Under the pieces are notes generated by a model. The model saw only the letters and a program-made list of their open reading frames with translations. It searched no databases and was not told where the DNA came from. DNA of 30,820 bases from positions 1 to 30,820 of IMG/VR virus record IMGVR_UViG_3300043570_001178. One strand, given 5' to 3'. The stretch's first letter is position 1; each line of letters begins with the position of its first letter. The translations under genes were made by a program, and so were the position numbers. This DNA comes from a virus (lineage: Duplodnaviria; Caudoviricetes). Shown in pieces: positions 26,500 through 30,820 of the stretch.

Positions 26500-28574
26500 T
26501 GCCATTAATTATTAGACCAGACTTAATGATTCTTGATGGTGGAGAAGTTGCACCTAGAACACGTAAAACAACAGCAGCAGCCCCTGCTCCTGCTCCCGCA
26601 CCAGCACCCGCTCCTGCGCCAGCACCAGTTGCAAAGCCTGCTCCTGCCGCACCCGCTGCACCTGCAGCCCCAGCAAATGCTCAGATTGCTGTTCAAAAAT
26701 TACAAAGCGGTATACCATTAACCGCTGCCGAAAATAAGATTCTTGGGATATCAACAACTCCTGCAAAACCAACACAAACTGCTGCTCCTGCAGCACCTGT
26801 TGTTGCTAAAGCAGCAACGACTCCTACAACTGTTAATACAACTACTGCTGCTGGCATTGCTGCAGCATCAGCCCAACCTGCTCCAATTCCAGTAGTGGCT
26901 GGAACAGGCGGAGTTATGGGCGGTTCTTCTAACGCAGGTGCTTATGCTTCTAGTGGATTTCCTGGGTCTGATAAGACTCCAGTATCAGTTGCAACATCTG
27001 TAAAATCAGAACCTGTTAACTCTGGAATTGCTCCGCTTACTGGTCCAACATGGCAACAAGTAGCAGATGCTAAAGAAGCAGAAGCAGCAGACAAACTAGC
27101 AGCAAAGCCAGACCCAACTAAGACTGCTTATGCAGATTTGACTCCAAAACAGCGTGCTGATATGACGCAGGACGAAAAGATGGCTTACATCAGGGCTGCT
27201 CTCGTTGCTTCAAAGGCTGCAGCAGCAGGAAAACGTGCAGCAACTGACCCAATGTTTAACTTTGCAGTACGTCCAGAAGCACCAGCAAAAGATGCTAATT
27301 TTATTTATTATTACTCTTGGATTGGCGGAGTATCAGGTGGTGAGTGGAAACTCTATCGTGCACTTAATACTCCAGAGAACGTGGCAAAGTATGGTTCACG
27401 TGTATTTGGTGGACCAACTCAAGCAACTTCATTTTCTGCAGTAGGAGCAGGTACTTTAATAAATCAACCATCACCTGTCTATGGTGCAGATGGTGGTCTT
27501 ACTGGCTGGAACGTTCAAGGCGTTGGCACTGTTGGAACTGGTGGTACAGGAACTGGTGGCGGAGGTACAGGCGGTGGCGGTACTGGTGGCGGTGGTGGAG
27601 CAGGTGGTACTGGTAACTCTCCAGTCATAGGCACTGGTGCACCAACAACTAACATTGACGTCCTTAAGGCTGCACTTCGCGGTCTAGGGTTTACATCAGC
27701 AATCCTTGATTCATCTACAACATTTCTTAATAACTTGTTAAAGGATGGCCTTGACTATGACAATGCCACAGAAATCTTTTTAAACAATAAAGAGTACACT
27801 CTCAAGAGTGGAACAAAGATGGAGTCTCCATTCTATACAGAGTATGGCTATCTCAATGAAGGTCTAGTCACACCTAAGAGTGCAAATGAACTGTTTAACT
27901 TTGTTGAAGGCGCTAAGGGCGTAATCGATAAATACAAACTTAGCACTAAATTTATAGCACGTGACGCACTCAAGGAATATGTTAAGAATGGCAAAACAGT
28001 AACAGATTTGTCTAAGAACGCAGCAACTGCTCAATTAAAAGCACTTGAAGCAGACCCATTCCAGGTTCAAGCACTTATTGCTCAAGGCTTTATTGCTTCT
28101 GCAGCAGGCCTTAATGATTTCTATATGGACCCAAAGATTGGTCAAGAGCAACTAGAACTTAATCGTCAGAGTGGTGTATTTACAGCAGAAGCACTTCGTC
28201 GTGCTAAGACTGGTGGCATAGTTACAGATGCTGCGCAACTAGCAAAGTTTAGGCAACTAGCAGCAGGCCTGACTGGCAAGGGTTACAACGATGCACAGAT
28301 TGCGCAACTTGCTGGAGTAGGTTTTGAAAATGTTGCTCAGGACTTGCGACCTCTTACATCGCTCTCTCAGATTTATGAGAAGACTGGTGGAACGGTTGCA
28401 TCTAATGCAGCACTCACATCTGATATCCAAAGCAGCCTTCTTGCAGAAGAGTTCCAAGGCACAGCATCGGAACGTCGCAAGAGACTTGCTGAGCAAAACC
28501 TAAGAGCGTTCCAGGGAACATCAGGAGTTACTTCTGGTTCTCTCAGAACCGCAGGAGTTTCAGGACTCCTATAA
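26499..28574 (+). CDS. Probable internal virion/ejection protein (691 aa) with Pro-Ala and Gly-Thr low-complexity linkers
   Basis: (AP)n tract near the N-terminus, GGTG repeats at about 27520-27615, helical C-terminal half. Confidence 0.6.
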   Translation: MPLIIRPDLMILDGGEVAPRTRKTTAAAPAPAPAPAPAPAPAPVAKPAPAAPAAPAAPANAQIAVQKLQSGIPLTAAENKILGISTTPAKPTQTAAPAAPVVAKAATTPTTVNTTTAAGIAAASAQPAPIPVVAGTGGVMGGSSNAGAYASSGFPGSDKTPVSVATSVKSEPVNSGIAPLTGPTWQQVADAKEAEAADKLAAKPDPTKTAYADLTPKQRADMTQDEKMAYIRAALVASKAAAAGKRAATDPMFNFAVRPEAPAKDANFIYYYSWIGGVSGGEWKLYRALNTPENVAKYGSRVFGGPTQATSFSAVGAGTLINQPSPVYGADGGLTGWNVQGVGTVGTGGTGTGGGGTGGGGTGGGGGAGGTGNSPVIGTGAPTTNIDVLKAALRGLGFTSAILDSSTTFLNNLLKDGLDYDNATEIFLNNKEYTLKSGTKMESPFYTEYGYLNEGLVTPKSANELFNFVEGAKGVIDKYKLSTKFIARDALKEYVKNGKTVTDLSKNAATAQLKALEADPFQVQALIAQGFIASAAGLNDFYMDPKIGQEQLELNRQSGVFTAEALRRAKTGGIVTDAAQLAKFRQLAAGLTGKGYNDAQIAQLAGVGFENVAQDLRPLTSLSQIYEKTGGTVASNAALTSDIQSSLLAEEFQGTASERRKRLAEQNLRAFQGTSGVTSGSLRTAGVSGLL

Positions 28575-28581
28575 AAGAATC

Positions 28582-28664
28582 CCCTCTGGACCAATCGGCC
28601 CCAGAGGGCGTAATAGACCGATAGTACAAGCCAATGCAGATACCCCATCTGAATTGAGGTGTGC
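28582..28664 (+). ncRNA. Candidate structured cis-regulatory RNA (pseudoknot plus long hairpin) upstream of the scaffold gene
   Basis: CCCTCTGG/CCAGAGGG stem. Loop ATCGG is complementary to downstream CCGAT. Second bulged hairpin at 28624-28664. Confidence 0.55.
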
Positions 28665-28691
28665 GACAACTACTAAAAGGGAGATAATCGC

Positions 28692-29171
28692 ATGAGCGAT
28701 AACCGCGACAACTACTGGGCAGATGACGAAGAAGATGACGAAACAAGTACACCTGTATTTGAATCAGATTCGGACCTTGTTAAGCGACTACGTAAGCAAT
28801 TAAAGGCTGAGCAGCGCAGAAACAAAGACCTTGAGACATCATATGGTGAACTCACCAAGGCCCAAAAAGAGCGGATTCTAAAGGATGTACTTACATCCAA
28901 AGGTGTCAATCAAAAGATTGCACAGTTTATTCCATCTGATATCGAGGCATCTGAAGATGCTATCAACGCTTGGTTAGATGCAAATGGTGAGGTCTTCGGA
29001 TACACACCAGCACCTAAGCAAGCAGTTAACGAAAATGATATCGCTGCTATGCAGAGAATGGATTCTGTGCTAACTAATGCTGAGACACCTGCTTCTTCTA
29101 ACGATTTACAAAATCGTCTTGCCAATGCAAATACAGAAGAAGAGATTCTATCCATACTCAGCGGTCAGTAA
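28692..29171 (+). CDS. Capsid scaffolding protein
   Basis: Acidic N-terminus, coiled coil, immediately upstream of the capsid gene. AAGGGAG SD. Confidence 0.75.
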   Translation: MSDNRDNYWADDEEDDETSTPVFESDSDLVKRLRKQLKAEQRRNKDLETSYGELTKAQKERILKDVLTSKGVNQKIAQFIPSDIEASEDAINAWLDANGEVFGYTPAPKQAVNENDIAAMQRMDSVLTNAETPASSNDLQNRLANANTEEEILSILSGQ

Positions 29172-29205
29172 AACCGCACACTAACCAGAAAGGGGATATC
29201 GCCAA

Positions 29206-30393
29206 ATGGCTGATGTCTTTTCAACTACAACCTCTGGGTTAGGTTCCAATCTTGTAACTATGGCGTACGACAAGTTGATTGAACTCAACTTACGTTCAAC
29301 ACCACAGTTCCGTGCAATCGCGGACAAGAAAATCGGAAACCCAACTCACGACGGTTCTTCAATTCGTTTCCAGTTCCACAACGATATTTCTGACACCTCA
29401 ATCGCAGGTGCCACACTCGCTGAAACTGTAGACCCAGATGCAGTAGCACTACCAGCAACTACAACACTAGATGTCGCACAGACAGAACTAGGTCGCGTAG
29501 TACTTCCAACACGCAAGTTGTCACTTATGACTCTTGCTGACGTTGACCCATGGATTGCTAACGCAGTTGCGTTCAACATGGCAACTACACTAGATAACGG
29601 TATTGCCGCTATCCTAGATGCAGGAACAAACGTTATCCGTGAATCTGGTGGAGCACTTTCAACAACTGCTGCTAAGTCAACAATTGACACAACAGACACA
29701 TTCAAGGGACGCGACGTACGTTACGCTGTAACAAAGTTGCGTGCTGCTAATGTTGTTCCTCGTGGCGGAATGTATGTTTCATACATCCACCCAGAAGTTT
29801 CACATGACCTACGTACAGAGACAGGTAACAACATCTGGCGTACACCACATGAGTACCAGAGTGCTGGTCCATTGTTCGCTGGTGAACTAGGCGCATGGGA
29901 AGGTGTCCGTTTCATCGAGACACCACGCATGACAAACACAGTATCAGGTAAGGCACTAACAGCACTTGCTACTGCAGCAGCAGTATCAGGTGTTTCAGGT
30001 GAGTTCACAATCGTTGCAGCAAACGCTGCATTCGGTGGTCTTGCTGAGGTAGGAGATGCAATCTCTGGTACTAACGTAGGTTCAGGCGCTTTGATTACAG
30101 CAATCTCAGTTGGTGCAACAAACACTACATTCACAGTGTCTGTCGCTAACTCAGGAACTGTTGGAACAAACACACTTACAGTTACTCCAAAGGCACGCGT
30201 TTACAACACTTACGTACTAGGACAGCAAGCACTTGCTGAAGCAGTATGGAAGGAACCAGGCATTGAGTTTGGTAACGTTGTAGACAAGTTGAACCGTTTC
30301 CGCCCAGTCGGCTGGCACGGTATCATCAACTGGTCAATCTACCGTCAAGAGGCGCTATACCGCATCGAGACTGCTTCATCAGTTCGTCCATAA
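29206..30393 (+). CDS. Major capsid protein (HK97 fold, N4-gp56-like) with internal insertion
   Basis: G..I.F, L.E..DP, YVSYIHPEVSHDLR, GELGAWEGVRFIET and DKLNRFRPVGW motifs. Confidence 0.9.
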   Translation: MADVFSTTTSGLGSNLVTMAYDKLIELNLRSTPQFRAIADKKIGNPTHDGSSIRFQFHNDISDTSIAGATLAETVDPDAVALPATTTLDVAQTELGRVVLPTRKLSLMTLADVDPWIANAVAFNMATTLDNGIAAILDAGTNVIRESGGALSTTAAKSTIDTTDTFKGRDVRYAVTKLRAANVVPRGGMYVSYIHPEVSHDLRTETGNNIWRTPHEYQSAGPLFAGELGAWEGVRFIETPRMTNTVSGKALTALATAAAVSGVSGEFTIVAANAAFGGLAEVGDAISGTNVGSGALITAISVGATNTTFTVSVANSGTVGTNTLTVTPKARVYNTYVLGQQALAEAVWKEPGIEFGNVVDKLNRFRPVGWHGIINWSIYRQEALYRIETASSVRP

Positions 30394-30394
30394 T

Positions 30395-30454
30395 CTAAGT
30401 ATTTAGATGGGTGGGGCAGGGGGTAACTCCTGCTCTATCCATAAAACGGCTTAG
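30395..30454 (+). terminator. Long hairpin after the capsid gene (terminator, attenuator or stabiliser)
   Basis: ATGGGTGGGGCAGGGG-GTAA-CTCCTGCTCTATCCAT, a 16-bp stem with G-U pairs and no U tract. Confidence 0.6.
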
Positions 30455-30462
30455 GAGGCTAA

Positions 30463-30714
30463 ATGGCATACAGATTCACAACACCTACAGTGAGCGAAGG
30501 CCCTGCAGGTGAAGGCCGTCTATTTGGCCGCTACAGGCTCGTAAGAGGCATCACAGTCTTGAAGATAGATGGCGAGTACTACGAAGTACGCTATCCATCC
30601 TCAGAAGAGGTAGATGCTGCTCAAGAGGCTTACATGGGGGGATACTCCTATGAAGTCAGCCCAGGAGAGAAAGCCAGCCTTGAGGCTGCAGGTTACACAG
30701 TGGAGACGGTATGA
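30463..30714 (+). CDS. Hypothetical virion protein
   Basis: AGGAGG SD. Follows the capsid gene. Confidence 0.75.
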   Translation: MAYRFTTPTVSEGPAGEGRLFGRYRLVRGITVLKIDGEYYEVRYPSSEEVDAAQEAYMGGYSYEVSPGEKASLEAAGYTVETV

Positions 30715-30820
30715 GACACAGATTAGACCATCCAGAGGATGTTGAAGGTTGCTTTGGATGCAAGGTTCTAGGACTTCAAATGAGTCCAGGAGATGCATCA
30801 TCTCAGAAGATGGTAAGTAA
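30711..30820 (+). CDS. Hypothetical protein (3'-truncated)
   Basis: ATGA overlap. MRHRLDHPEDVEGCFGCK... is open to the window end. Confidence 0.6.
   Translation, partial: MRHRLDHPEDVEGCFGCKVLGLQMSPGDASSQKMVS

Noticed and set aside
26575-27615. Pro-Ala and Gly-Thr nucleotide repeats as DNA-level elements
   Set aside because: Synonymous codons vary between units, so the repeats are explained by protein low complexity.
14998-30801. Many antisense and alternate-frame ORFs within the late genes (for example 17537-17965, 20551-20955, 29721-30173)
   Set aside because: They are shadow ORFs of well-supported genes and have no motifs or SD.
1-30820. tRNA or rRNA genes
   Set aside because: No cloverleaf or T-loop signature noticed in the intergenic gaps. 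A tRNAscan run would be needed to exclude them fully.

Overview
About 31 kb of a tailed dsDNA phage genome, most likely a podovirus-like phage of an actinobacterial host (it encodes WhiB, has a probable leaderless gene, and has a mycobacteriophage-like replication module). Left to right: the end of the late/lysis region (membrane proteins, CHAP endolysin, holin); a plus-strand replication/recombination module (Cas4/RecB-like nuclease, DnaB/RecA-fold helicase, transglycosylase, Holliday junction resolvase, split primase, HNH, metallophosphoesterase, sigma factor); a convergent minus-strand early region (about 8.9-14.3 kb: many micro-ORFs, WhiB, class II glutamine amidotransferase, amidoligase); a repeat-rich divergent gap that may hold the genome end; and the plus-strand morphogenesis operon (terminase, portal, three large probable ejection proteins, scaffold, major capsid). 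The most striking unexplained signal is a 15-bp palindrome, GGTCGG-WWW-CCGACC, found 9 times with invariant arms, only in the early region, three times inside coding sequence. Other highlights are the amidoligase/amidotransferase pair, a probable pseudoknotted RNA leader before the scaffold gene, a TerS-like N-terminus on the large terminase, a domain insertion in the capsid protein, and apparent avoidance of GATC and AGCT. Protein calls come from motifs recognised by eye, not from database searches.
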